Shown piece after piece: positions 11,299-24,408 of a DNA stretch of 64,000 bases (positions are counted from its first letter, which is position 1; each line of letters starts with the position of its first letter). Both the position numbers and the translations under genes were made by a program. The DNA is taken from assembly GCA_035221665.1 (NCBI GenBank), contig CM069131.1, positions 150,288,001 through 150,352,000 on the forward strand, read 5' to 3'. The notes beneath the pieces were generated by a model. The model searched no databases, had not been told where the DNA came from, and saw nothing but the letters and a program-made list of their open reading frames with translations. This DNA comes from Okamejei kenojei (Eukaryota).

Positions 11299-14200
11299 TT
11301 TTGTTGTTTTTTATTTTTTGTTGTTTTGTTGTACCTTTTTTTTCATTGAGACAAGACAAGTGTACTGTGCTTCTACTAATAATTAAAAACGAATGTGTGG
11401 TAAGAATTTAATTATTCCGTTTTTGGTACAGATAACAATTAAACATTCTTGACTTCATTCTCTTTGTATCATCTCTGTTTTCTGTGATAGCCTTTCTTTG
11501 ATAGCACCTCTTTGCGGTGGCCCGCATCTTTATTAACGGGGGGGAGAATCTACTGGTAATTTTGGTAGTAGGCAAAGCAAGACTTAGTTACACACTGATC
11601 CTGGAAAATGAAGGCAGCCTATAACTGTGCCTTGACCTCAATGAGTTAATCTAGCAACTGCATTCATGACATACTGTAAGACCCATGACCTGAATGAATT
11701 TAGGGACTACAGTCTCTCTAAGATTCCCCCGTGGGGATAAGTAATCATGCCAAAGCCAGCTGTTAGAAAAGCAGGAACCAAGAAGAGGTTTTCCAATCAT
11801 CTTCATTCCACAGATTTTTCTTCAAATTGAGCATATCTTTTTTTGTGTGTGGTCAATTCCAAAATAATACCATGGGAATTAAGCCTGCTACGTACACCAT
11901 ACATTTCAAAGAGTCCAACAACAATCATTGGATCTTGCAGGGGTATAAACAAAGATACCGTTGAAAAGTGATCACAATTTTCAAACTCTGTCTTGGAACA
12001 GAATTTTCCGGTATGCCAGAGTGTTAGGACAGTGGTTCTCCAAGCTGGCCACATTGTGCCAAATTTATACCCATGAAAAACTGTGAAGACCCGTTTTTTT
12101 GTCTGCCTGTTTTAATTCACATCAGCAGAAATCACACTGGACAGACATGCGTATAAATACATAGAAGTCCCTTGCCAGAATATACATACATCGCTTTGTA
12201 AAGCACAAATACTAAATGATTGTGACAAAGATTGAACCCGTAATTCTGTTTGTTCTGCTCTTTTCACTTGAGCAATTAATTATGTTTCACGCGCGTTTGG
12301 CAATGTGAGTGTGTTTTAAACAGCAGCAATTTGTAAAGGATTAAAAATAAAAATAAACATTATTAATCAAAATTGTCATCTCTGCTGTGTTGTGCCTAAA
12401 AACATCCCCAGAAACCTACAAATTTGTAGCTGAATCATACAAATCCTTATCCTCATCATTCTTAATTGGGGTTCAAGTGATTATAAGCACAAAGATGGCA
12501 GGAGCAGCTCAGTTAATTAATCAACCTATTACTAACTAGGTCAATAATGTATTTTAACCTTTCACCTATTTTAACCCATTATCATTCTGCCCGATAATAT
12601 TGCTGCAGTTTTCTTCTGCCTTACCATCTCACGCCCCAATCCCTCACTTTCACCCCCTTTGGTTTTGGGAGGAGGCAGATTTTGAAGATTTAGCATCTTT
12701 CTTCACAAGCAATATGTAATATTGCAGCTAAGTTTCAGCGATTCAGCAAAGCTGATCTGCTATCTGTTTCTTGCAAAGTTTAGTCTCTCATCACCAGCAG
12801 GTATGCTGACAGCCTTAATTAGTCAATAGGGGTACGGTTGCCCACAGCCCTTGGAAGCATAACTGTGGCTTCTGTACTAACCCAAATAACTCAGACTTGC
12901 CTTCGCTAGTATCCAAACAACAAGCCTAAACTTAGTAATCAACACAATTAAACTCTGGGGTAGTTATTTATTCCTTGTTTACTGGACTGACAATAAGAGT
13001 TAAGGGTTATTTTGAGGATGGCAAGATATTACCATTGGGGTGGTGCATGGATTATGACTTGCTTGTTCATGAACTGAACTGTGTACAAAAATGAATTTCA
13101 CTGTACCTCGGTACATGTGACAAATAAAGTGCCATTGAGCCATTGTACCTGAATGGGGACTTCAAAGAGTAAGTGAAGGGAGATGTTTATTTTTATTCTG
13201 CTCAATTTCAATTATGTAAATACATTTAAAGCCGAATCTGTTATTTTATTATTACATGTGTTTTTATTAATAATCTATTTCAACTTTTTTTTATGTCATA
13301 GAACCATACAGTATGAAAACAGGCCCTTTGGCCCAACTCATATTTTCCCAGCATATTTGTTTTTCTCATTCCCATTGACTATTTGGGAATCTGTAGTACA
13401 TTCCCAAGAAAGTGAACATCCATGTTTTTATTTTTCTGCCCCATCCATATAGCCCCACTGGATGAACATCCAGTGCTGTACTACTGCTGTGATGTTCTCT
13501 TTCATCAGTGAAGCAAACCCCCCTCCTCTTTTACCCCCACTTTTATCTCTTGTGTAGCACTTGTACCCTGGACATTAAGCTGTCATTCCCTTAGCCAGCT
13601 TTCTGTAATGACTATCAGATGACTTTGATCAGAATTTTTTTTTTTAAATGGTAAGAAACTAGAAAACATTGAGATATTACTTTTTATACCGACTCGTGAA
13701 ATGCAGCAATAAGCATTCATGTACTGTAAGCAAATGGGAAGGCAAATGCTATGTGAGCCTTTACTGGAGTACAAATATAAGAAAGTTGTGCCTCTGAGCT
13801 TTGGTGTGTTCACATCTGGAGTATTAGGCAGTTTTGAACTCCTGTTGAAGGAAGGGTATTCCTGCCTTGGAGGGATGCAATATATTTTCAGCAGTTGATT
13901 AGTTGGATGATAGGTTTGAGGAGTTCAGTTCAGTTTAGTTTATTGTCACATGTTCCCAGGTACAGCGAAAAGAGAATACATGATTACAATCGAGCCATTT
14001 CCAATGTTTAGATACATGATAAGGGAATAACGTTTAATCTTGAGATTGACAGAAATAGTGGACATTTCATCCACCAGGAAAGTCTAGAAATTATAATCCC
14101 TTGGTCAAATATGTAAGACATGAAAAATAAATGTCTTTACTGAGAGTGTTGTAAATCTTTGTAACACTCTATTCCACTCTATATAGATGTTCAGTCATTT

Positions 14201-15734
14201 ACTTTATTCAGATTGCAGTGGATACATTTTTTTACTGGAAGGAAATCAAGATTTGAATTTAAACCCAAGACAGAATCAATCAAGATCTTTTCAAGTAGCA
14301 GAATAGGCTCAAGTGGACAACTGTCCATTTCAGCATGTAACTCTTCGATTCATACATTTCTCCAATTTTGTTGACCCATTATATTTGTTCTTTCAGGATA
14401 GTGCAGTAAAATGGATTGGTTAAAAAGTTTGAGAAAAGGTTAATGATTAAAGTTCAATCTCCCAAACTTTACTTTAACATAAATATTTCTTACAAAATTT
14501 AATAGGGACGGAAGTTTCATTTTTTTATTTGCTTGATGTTTTATGCCAAAGAATGGCAGAATGCAGTTTATATTTGGACACTAATAAAGTAACACAGACT
14601 GCTGATTTATGAACCCTCTAGAACATGACATGACTATCAATCTGTTATTTCTCAGAATTCACAAAACACGCAAAATGAAGAGGGCGAATTATTCTGATAA
14701 GACGTCATTGCCTGGAAATTTTAACTCGGTTTCCCCTTCCATGCCTGATCTGCTAAGTATTTGCCAAATTTTCTGTTTACCTTTCAAATTTCCAGCATAT
14801 GTAGTATGTTACTTTTGGAATGCTGCATTCAGTTAGATATAGGGGAAAGATAATTCTTACAAATCCAACAGTCAGCATTTGCTTTTGTTTTGAAAAATCA
14901 TCCTCTGGAAGGAAGAAGGAGTATGTTTCATCAGACGAGTCAGCGTACTGCTCCCCCTCTAACTCCTTATATGTAATTTCTTTATTTTTTTTTAAATTGT
15001 GACTATCTTTTTCCTCCATATGTAAAAAAGGTAAAGAAAGCTGCATTCAAACTAGAATCAATGTACCAAACACTGACACATCAATCTATATTACCCATCA
15101 ATTAAATGAGATTCTGTATAATGTCCCTGATATTTTGATTCATCCTTATGTAAAATGTTATTGCCTCAATATTTTTTTATATTTTCAAAGTTTGAGGAGT
15201 TTGGCTCATTGCCTGGAGCTAAGGTTGTCAACTTCAAAGTGGATTCAAACTCCAGAGACAGAATCAAGTGTAGATAGTGTATGGCCCTACAGGATGGCAA
15301 TTGCTTTGATAATATGAAATAAGGAGAGAGTCTGTAAAAAAATCAAATATTATAAATGATGCAATGTGCCAAAAATACAACTCGAGATTTCATATAAGCT
15401 CTAAACTATTTATTTTTAATGAATAAATTGCAAACATGCACAAATAAAAAAGTTGAACTGCAATTCTCATTTCAGATCTGCTATGCACTTGCTTTGAAAC
15501 TATCTCAGGGTAAGTATTCCAAAGATGAGCTTTTGAAAAGAACTCCATGATGCATTCAGGGGGATTGAAGCAATGCCTGCTGTGCACTAAGTACATTTCC
15601 AAACAAAGTGCAATTCTTTTCCATTTTACTCGAATATATTGTGCATCAGGAAAACATAAAGTGCTGTGGAATAAATACAATTCTCACCCATGAGTAAAAT
15701 TAGGAGATTGGGGGATCAGTCTGGAGAATCTGAA

Positions 15735-16143
15735 TGTTGGAGACTCATGGGGAGATGCAAGTAATAGGTGGATATAGGTGAGGGTTTTTTTTGATAGGCA
15801 GATGTTTGGACAAACGGCAGAGATGAAAAGTATGAGAGAGAAGGATTGAACAGTTGCAAATTGTGAATTTAGAAGAAGAAATCCAAGTGGAAGGAGAGGG
15901 GATGGGGAGAAATCAGTGAAGGTCCAGATGGGGCACAGGGGAGGGGATGGGGTGGTTGAAAAAGTGAAGGGGGAGGGGTATTGTAGTTACCTCCAATTGG
16001 AGAATTCAGTATTTATACAGGTAAGCTACCGAACCAGAGGTACTGAGATGTTGTTCCTCCAGTTTAGATGTGGTCTCACTCTGGCATTGGAGGAGGCCCA
16101 GAATAGAAAGGTCAGTGTAGGGATTGGTAGAGGAATTAAATGG
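15735..16143 (-). mobile_element. Penelope-like element remnant (GIY-YIG endonuclease C-terminus and pyrimidine-rich 3' region)
   Basis: Reverse strand encodes ...TDLSILGLLQCQSETTSKLEEQHL..., matching the recalled C-terminal motif of vertebrate Penelope endonucleases. Disrupted. Confidence 0.7.
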
Positions 16144-16162
16144 ATAGCACCTTCTATGGGTA

Positions 16163-16449
16163 GGGCGGCATGGTGGTGCAGAGGTGGAGTTGCTGCCTTC
16201 CAGAGTCAGAGCCCCGGGTTTGATCCTGTCTATGGGTGCTTGCCTGCACGGAATTTGTATGTTCTCCCCATGACCTGAGTGGGTTTTCTCCTAGATCTTT
16301 GGTTTCCTCCCACACTCCATATCTGTACAGGTTTGTAGGTTAATTAGCTTTGTATAAATTTAAATTGTCCTTAGTGTGTGTAGGGGAGTGTTAATGTGCG
16401 GGGATCGCTGGTCGACACTAACTTGGTGTATCTCTAATCTAAACTAGAA
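16163..16449 (+). mobile_element. tRNA-derived SINE (V-SINE/HE1-like)
   Basis: Homologous to 103-419. Confidence 0.8.
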
Positions 16450-16454
16450 CTCTG

Positions 16455-17735
16455 TGTACCATAGTTCTACTCTCCCTCTCCCTCCCCCCCCCCCCCCCCC
16501 CCCCCCCTCCCCCAGATGGAACAAGGATATACCTCTCCAGGTACTTTCCTCTGCAACTGCAGGACCATAAGACATAAGAGCAGAATTAGGTTATTCAGCC
16601 CATCAAGTTTACCTCGTCATTCAATCACGGCCAATCTATTTTCCCCTCTCAACTCCATAATTCTGTCTTCTCCCCATAACCTTTGACACCATTAAAAATG
16701 AAAAATATATCAATCTCTTCTTTAAAATTACCCAATGATGGCCTCCATATTCATCTGTGGCAATTAATTCCATAGATTCTCCACTCTTTCTCTGAATAAT
16801 TTCATCCTCATCTCCATCCTGAATGTATGTCCATCTATTGAGACTGCCAGCTGGTTCTGGACTCTCCAGTTACTGGAAACATTCTTTCTATGTCCACGTT
16901 CTCTAGGCCTTTCATTATCCGATAGGTTTCAATGAGATTCATCCCCCCCATCCTCCCCTCATCCTTCCAAACTCCAGCGAGTTTTTAAAAGCACCTCATA
17001 TGTCAACCCAATCAACCTCAACACATTCTCATAAACCTTCTCTGGACGCTCTCCAAAGGCAGCACATCCTTCCTCCGTTATGTGCCTCAAAACTGCTCAC
17101 AATATTCCAAATAGGTTTAAGGTGAAGGGGAAAATATTTAATCAGTGGGGTAACCTTTTCACACAAAGGATGGTGCATGTATGGAACAAGCTGCCAGAGG
17201 AGGTAGTTGAGACTGGGACTATCCCAACGTTTAAGAAACAGTTAGACAGATACATGGATAGAACAGTTTTGGAGAGATATGGATCAAGCGCAGGCAGGTA
17301 AGACAAATGTAGCTGTGACATGTTGGCCGGTGTAGGCGTTGGGCCGAAGGGCTTGTTTGCATGCTGTATCACTCTATGACTCTAAATATGGTCTCACGGG
17401 TACTTGATAAAGCCTCAACATTACATATTTGTTTTTATATTCTAATCCCCTCGATACGAATCGTATTGCATTTCGTATTGCATTTGCTTTTTTTACCAGC
17501 AACTCAACCTGCAAATTGACCTGTCATACTTGGTCATGTATGGTCATGTTATACCGAAGGAGATGTAACATCTGTCCTTATGCCTGCTTCCACACTTCCT
17601 CTCTTCCAGCTTTATTCCCCACACTTCCCCCCAACAATCAGTTTGAAGAAGGGTCTCAACCCTGAACATCACCTATCCATGTTCTCCTTAGATGCTGCCT
17701 GACCCGCTGAGTTACTCCAGCACTTTATGTCTTTT
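16455..17735 (+). mobile_element. Penelope-like remnant interrupted by nested CR1-like fragments
   Basis: PGTFLCN (about 16537-16557) continues as RRCNICPY (about 17557-17581), then a pseudo-LTR-like end. A minus-strand CR1 (about 16565-17520) lies between them and itself contains a plus-strand CR1 3' end (about 17113-17385). Confidence 0.6.
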
Positions 17736-18012
17736 TCCTCTACTGTGTTGATAGATTCTCAGTAGTGGAATCTGTTCCCTCTGGGAACAAGCTTTACGGA
17801 ACACAACCCATGTTTGGCTTTTGGGCAGCAGGTCAGAAGGAAACTCAACAATTACCCCAGCATCTCATACACAGACCTTCCATCGAAGGACAATTTATCT
17901 TAGCAAAGGTCTTATCAATAGTCTTGTTGCCTGTGTGACAGCTAAGCTGGAAGAGTGAGGTCTGGTCAATGTGCAACTACAACCATTGCGCATAAATTAG
18001 GAGAAGCCTGAA

Positions 18013-18315
18013 GGGCGGCAGTCGTAGAGGTTTTGCCTTACAGCACCTGAGACCAGGGTTCAATCCTGACTAAGGGTGCTGTCTGTATGGACCTGCATGT
18101 TCTCCCCGTGATCTGCGTGGATTTACTCCGAGATCTCTTGTTTCCTCCCACATTCCAAAGACGTACAGGTTTGTAGGTTAATTGGCTTGGTATAATTGTA
18201 AATTGTCCCGAATGTATGTAGGATAGTGCTAGTGTACGGTGATCGTTGGTCTGCGCAGACTCGGTGGGCCGAAGGGTCTATTTCCGCGCTGTACCTCTAA
18301 ACTAAACTAAACTAA
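18013..18315 (+). mobile_element. tRNA-derived SINE (V-SINE/HE1-like)
   Basis: Homologous to 103-419, with (CTAAA)n tail. Confidence 0.85.
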
Positions 18316-20949
18316 TACCCCTGAACTATTTTCTTTTAAGCTGTAAATGAATGATATATGCACTGTATGACATAGATAAGAACTCAAAAACATTTTAAAA
18401 ATTAAGTATATTTTAAAATTGGATCAAAAGTACCCACACATTTAGAAAGTTATCATCGGCTGGCGTCTCTGTACTTGCTGGGTAATACTGAGATTTTGGC
18501 AAAGGTTTTAAGACTGAATCATTGTTTAAAACATCTTAACTACCTAAATAAGCTCAAAGACTGATTTATTTACTTTGCAGCAGCATACACTCAAAGACAA
18601 TTTCCTTGATGTCCACATTGACAAATTATTTCAATTAGAGGGGTTAGAAAGGACCAGAGGTCACATTTATATGTTATGCAAGGGCAGAAATAGATCAGGT
18701 ATTATTAGATCATTCTTTAAATAGATGACCTTGAGAACAAGTTTCCGGTTCTTGAAGTGAATGTTGTACACGTTCAAGAGAGAGTTGGACCAGTTCCTAG
18801 TTAAAGCCAGAACATCAGTTTCCAGATATTTTTTCCCCTCTAATTGGTCATTGATTTTGATCTGGTTTTTCACCTTCTAAACTGCATTATGATGACTTCT
18901 GGAGAAGAGAATGCATCTGTGTTCTGGTGCCTGATATGGTGCTACTAATATATGACATTATATGTTTATTAATGGACTGACGTTTTGCTCAGAACTTACT
19001 GAAATTCAAAAGGCAAAATATGTCAATTTGCATCATTGGTGGATTGCAAAGAGAATAATTTGGAAATACAAGGAATTGCAGATGCTGATTAACAAAAAAA
19101 GGCACACCTCCACTGTCTTAAAGGTGGCTAAAAGTGAGTAAACAAAACATTAAAAGAACGACGCAATGAGCTGGAGTAACTTAGTGGGTCAAGCAGCATC
19201 TCTGGAGAACATGGATAGGTCTCGTTTTGGGTGGGGATCCTTCGGAAAACAGTTTTACTCACTCTGTGCCAGTTTAGACCTAGGGCAGGATCCAATATCA
19301 CATTGGTTTCAATGGAAATTGTGACCCAAGAGTTTGGGAGACAAAGGGAAGTGGCTCTTTAAAAAACATCAATAACTACTCTAATGTTTTTATTTAATTA
19401 CGTGTGTCTTTCTGTGGTTTTAGTGAAGTTTTTAATGATGACATTTCATTTATAATAGTTATCATATATCTCTGAACATTCAGCACCTATTAAAATTAAT
19501 AAACATTTTATAGGCAGCATGGCTGCAAACCTTGCTGCTGAGTTTGTTGCAGGGGACATGTCGAGGGCAAGGCTTCTCCACAGCGGCTCTGTCATCTTCC
19601 AGACCATGTTGCTGGACTCTGCAGTGTCGAGCCAGATGCAGCTCTGCATCTGGCTGAAGTAAGTGCAGCACTGGATGGCCCAGTACCAATTCCCTTCTTT
19701 CCACTAATACATGAAACTCATTATGTTTTTTTATTCCCCTGATATTCTATCTATCAGATTCTGACATGCCTTGTATTTCTGCTTCTCAATTTACCAGAAG
19801 TAGTGACATTGACTCTTAAAATCGTGCTGCGTGATAGGTTGCTCTGAGACTTCAAGCCCACAATAAAGAGATTCAGAAGTAGGCTTTCTAATGCCTATGT
19901 TACCAAGATAAACATAGCTGCTGTTTTTCACATGTTGATACAATTCATGATCTTCATGTAATAGATACCTTGTTTTGCACATTAATAATTTCTGGCTATT
20001 GTCCGGTAATATTTTGCCTCGTTTTTTTTAAATAAGGTATTTCCAATGAAAAATGATTGGGGCACAATATAAGTACACCCTCAGAAACTGAAGACATCCA
20101 TAAATTCAAGCTACTTTTTAAGCTACACAAAGCATTCACAGCTGCTCACTGCAGAAGAAGGTCTTAATTATGTTTCTGTTACCATAGCAATGTTTGATAA
20201 TAAGCAGTGTTCCTAAAACAGGATCTCAAAACAGCGCTCTAATCTCCACAATAGAGAAGACAAACGTATTATTTTAAAAAGATACCTTTTGTGTTCCCCA
20301 AATATTGTCATGTTTTATACGCATGTTACACTTGCCTTTTCCTTTATTTTATAATTCTAAACATAATATTCAAAGCACAGGAGTAAAATATCTCACAAAT
20401 TGGTGTGTTTTTTTCTCACTGAATATTACTTCAACATGGGGAAAAAGGAAAGCAAAGCCTATTCTAAAATGGGACGTATGCCTTTTCCTTGTAATCTCTG
20501 TTGGAAGAGAGCATTAACAATTATGGTAAATGATATAAATTGAATATAAAAAAATGATAGCCATAAAAAGAACAAAAACGTATTTAGCTGCTTCAAAACA
20601 AAATGAGAGTTTGTTATCCCTGTATTAAATGCTTTATCCAGTTGGTGACTCCTCACTTCCTGTGTATCATTACTATAGAGTTGAACTGGAATGACTTATG
20701 GGGAGAAGGCAGGAGAATGGGGTTAGGAGGGAGAGTAAATCAGCCATGAATGAATGCCAGTGTAGACTTGATGGGCCGAATGGCCGAATTCTACTCCTAT
20801 GCCTTATGACTTATCTCATGAAAGTTATCAGAGATTATTTAAACTTAGTAGCACCCAGACCAACTCACCTTAATTCAGGCACACAACAGTAGTCCATTTT
20901 AATAACTGACAGCTAGAATTTTAAATATTTATCTATAATAGACTTCAGG

Positions 20950-21247
20950 CCTTAGAGATAGAGCGCGGAATCAGGCCCTTCGGCCCACCGAGTCCACGCC
21001 GACCAGCGATCACTGCATGCACTAACACAATCCTTCACACTAGGGACAATTTACAATATTACTGAAGCCAATTAACCTACATACCTGTATGTCTTTGGAA
21101 TGTGAGAGGAAACTGAAGCACCAGGAGAAAACCCACGCAGTCACAGGGAAGACATATCAACTCCATACAGACAGTGCCTGTAGTCAGGATCGAACCTGGG
21201 CCCCTGATGTAAGGCAGCAACTCTACTGCTGCACCACTGTGCCACCC
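20950..21247 (-). mobile_element. tRNA-derived SINE (V-SINE/HE1-like)
   Basis: Reverse-complement copy of the same family. Confidence 0.85.
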
Positions 21248-21252
21248 AAATG

Positions 21253-21311
21253 GACTCAATTAACTAAATCAAAGTGTGTGTTAACTCAATTAACTAAATC
21301 AAAGTGTGTGT
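21253..21311 (+). repeat. 30 bp tandem duplication
   Basis: ACTCAATTAACTAAATCAAAGTGTGTGT occurs twice, 30 nt apart. Confidence 0.85.
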
Positions 21312-21381
21312 TTGAATGCAGTTTGGTTTCTTCCTCAAACCTAGGCTTTGTAAACCAGCTTGAACCACCTCACAACATATT

Positions 21382-22399
21382 GTAGGTATGTTACAAAACT
21401 TACCTTGAGCAGCGCTGCAGTTCTGCCGCTCCCGTGTGTGTGACTTTGGCGCCTTTCAGAGGGGGGCGTGTTTAAAGTGCCGTTTTTCCACAGACAGGGC
21501 AAATCGATCCATGTCAGGGGATTTCGTTGCTGAAGAAAAATCGCTCCGACATTTCATTCATGAAGGTATTTTTAAATTACGCTAGATTATTTATTAGCTA
21601 GAGTAATTTAAAAATCATCTTCTAAAGCCGTGAGCGCCGACAACAGGAAGGATTTTACGTAGGGGAGAAAATAAAGTACACAGTTTATTTTTACATTAAA
21701 ACTTGGTTTTTAGGAAGCCTTTAATCACATTTTCATGTTGCGAAATGGGGACAAAAAAAAGGTATGAACCGGCAGTGTTTTTCATGCCGACCACCGCAAA
21801 CCGCAACGTTCCAATCCACCGTGTTCCACTAAAACCCACTCGCAAGTTGATTTAAATGGCCATTAATTTACAGGAATTAAACACAAAATTCCTTCCATTT
21901 GGCCTATAAATTCATGAAAATGAGATTTAAAAATCATGTTATATTGTGAATTGTGTGAATGTTATTTGGACACAGGCAATTTAAAAATGCTTATCTTTTC
22001 TTAAGAAATGGATAAATGTTTAGATCTAGTAATTGAATTTTGTAATTAGCTACAATTAGGTAACTAACTAATTATATGCTTTAATTTCAGGTCATCCAAG
22101 TAATATTGTTTCATATTTGTTTCAAAATGCTTCAATCTATAATAACTGAAAATTTCATTGAGTTCTCTTAATTTTTAAGAAAGTTATGGGCTTTTGACTG
22201 TCCTAGATCACAGCTTTTGTGTTAAGTCAATGGAAAGGCAAGATGCTAATTTCCGAGTATCAAAATGGCCATAACGTTTTTTAATACTGAAGATATGAAA
22301 GTGAATTAGGTGTCAAATTAAACTTCTTTTTATGCTTTATCTGATGGGATAAATTGTAGACTTGATTTTTTAAATCTCAAAATTCTGTAACATTGCTAC
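21382..22399. mobile_element. Non-autonomous TIR DNA transposon (~1.0 kb)
   Basis: Imperfect 17 bp TIRs (GTAGGTATGTTACAAAA vs GTAGCAATGTTACAGAA, 14/17), ATT on both sides, CpG-rich left part, no ORF. Confidence 0.7.
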
Positions 22400-22814
22400 A
22401 TTTTGAGTCCACAGAGAAATCTCTCAGTCTGTTGAGAGAAATTGGTTGCCTGCCGATTTAAGTGTGATCTGTCTTCTATCACATTCCAACTTGTTGCTTT
22501 TCCACCTCTTGTTAGCGTGGCACAGCCAACTGCCCGGTCAGAAATTATGACTCCTTTTTCATCTCAGGGCATCTCTGCTTGTCCTCCAACTGTAACCTCT
22601 TTTACTCGACATGCAAAGGTCAGCTGGTTCTGTCCACTTAAGTACTCGCCTCTCCATCTTTTCACGTAGAGCATCAATTGCCTTATGCCTCTCAATCAGA
22701 AGCCCAGAGAGATCTAGCAAGAGTAATATAAATAGTGCACTCAGAGTGAAGCGAACTGAACAAGAGAAGAGAGTGACACTGAAAATTAAGATTCCCAACG
22801 CTCAGGAAGTTTCA

Positions 22815-23058
22815 ATCTTTCACCCAGAGAGTTGTGAATCTGTGGAATTCTCTGCCACAGAGGGCAGTAGAGGCCAATCCACTGGATGTTTTCAAGAGAG
22901 AGTTAGATTTAGCTCTTAGGGCTAACGGAATCAAGGGATATGGGGGAAATAGGAGGAGCGAGGTACTGATATTGGATGATCAGCCATGATCATATTGAAT
23001 GGCGGTGCTGGCTCGAAGGGCCGAATGGCCTACTCCTGCATCTATTTTCTATGTTTCT
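22815..23058 (+). mobile_element. CR1-like LINE 3' end
   Basis: FTQRVVNLWNSLP-like coding remnant and GGGCCGAATGGCCTACTCCTGCA...TTCTATGTTTCTA tail. Confidence 0.75.
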
Positions 23059-23790
23059 AATCCTTGGTTGTGGGGGAGTCGGAATATGGGTCCTGCTTTG
23101 AAACTAGAGCCGATGCCCAAGCCGCATAAATATGCACAAGCACTGAGAACAGCATTTGCAGCAGATGGTAAAAACAACAATCGATCCCATTGCCATCCTA
23201 ACCGGCAATATAAAACAAGGTTAATGATTATCACAGAATATTCTGGAGCATGTGGCAGGCATAGAAAAATGTGCAGACACTGGCCTACAGAGGCTTTAAT
23301 AATAGCTTGCCTATCTTCTCAGGTGAACAGACTTGCTATTGATGCCTGGGGTGCTAGACATGGAGGAAGAAGCATTCCCTCCCTTCTAAGCCATTGATCA
23401 CACTGCCCAAACTTCCAGATTTCATTAGCCATCAACGCGCAGCCAGAAACCAAGATCCAGAACAAAGTGTGCGGCTGCATTCTGCTCACGCGCGCTGCTC
23501 AAGCTCTTAGGATAATGGCCCTAGTGTGGCCTCTAGCCAGATGTCTGCAAATATGGCAGAAAGGAAATAGCACCAAGCTGCCCAAGCAAAGGCAATAAAG
23601 GGGCAGCCATTTGGAACACTCTGGGAGAAATGTTTGAGGAATGGGGGACAATCAGGGCATTCTAATGGGAGTGGGATAGACAGATGGAAAATAATTTATT
23701 GGAAGGAACTGCAGGTGCTGGTTTAAACCGAAGATAGACACAAAAAGCTGGAGTAACTCAACGGGACAGGCAGCTTCTCTGGAGAGAAGG

Positions 23791-24003
23791 AATAGAAACA
23801 TAGAAAATAGGTGCAGGAGTAGGTCATTCGGCCCTAGAAGCTTGCACCACCATTCAATATGATCACGACTGATCATCCAACTCAGTATTGTGTACCTGCC
23901 TTCTCTCTATTCCCCCTGATCCCTTTAGCCGCAAGGGCCACATCTAACTCCCTCTTAAATATAGCCAATGAACTGGCCTCATCTACCTTCTGTGGCAGAG
24001 AAT
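23791..24003 (-). mobile_element. CR1-like LINE 3' end (young)
   Basis: Nearly identical to 27258-27465. Confidence 0.75.
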
Positions 24004-24408
24004 AGTGGGAGAGGAGGGGGGAGTAGAGGAGGGGGGGGAGTGGAGGAGGTAGGGAGTGGGGAATAGAGGGAGTGGAGGGCAGTGGGGAGGTCAGGAGGGA
24101 TAGTGGGGCAAGATAGGGGAGGTGGGGATAGAGTGATAGGAGGGAGGTAGGGAGGGGAGAGGAGTGAGGGAGGGAGTGAATGAGGGTAGGGGAAAGGAGA
24201 GAGAGAGAAAGAGATGAGGGAGGGATTGGGGGAGGGGAGGAGGAGAGGGGAAAGAAGGGGAGGTGAAGAGGAAGAGGTGAGAGTGCTAGGGATGAGGGGA
24301 AATGAGCTGTGCCAGTGCAGTTGGGAGCTATGGGTGAGTGGTGGAATATTGCGTTGGGGGACCGAGCCTCCTATGTGACAGGGACACAAAGGGTCCAACT
24401 TAGTCTAG
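24004..24408 (+). mobile_element. Helitron 3' remnant with GA-rich low-complexity tract
   Basis: Last ~70 bp (GTGGAATATTGCGTTGGGGGACC...ACTTAGTCTAG|T) match the 3' end at 6598-6667. Confidence 0.7.

Noticed and set aside
22559-22798. LLLLDLS motif suggesting L2 reverse transcriptase
   Set aside because: The downstream AAFD motif and surrounding similarity are absent.
23979-24398. 139 aa Pro/Ser/Leu-rich ORF
   Set aside because: Low-complexity GA tract.
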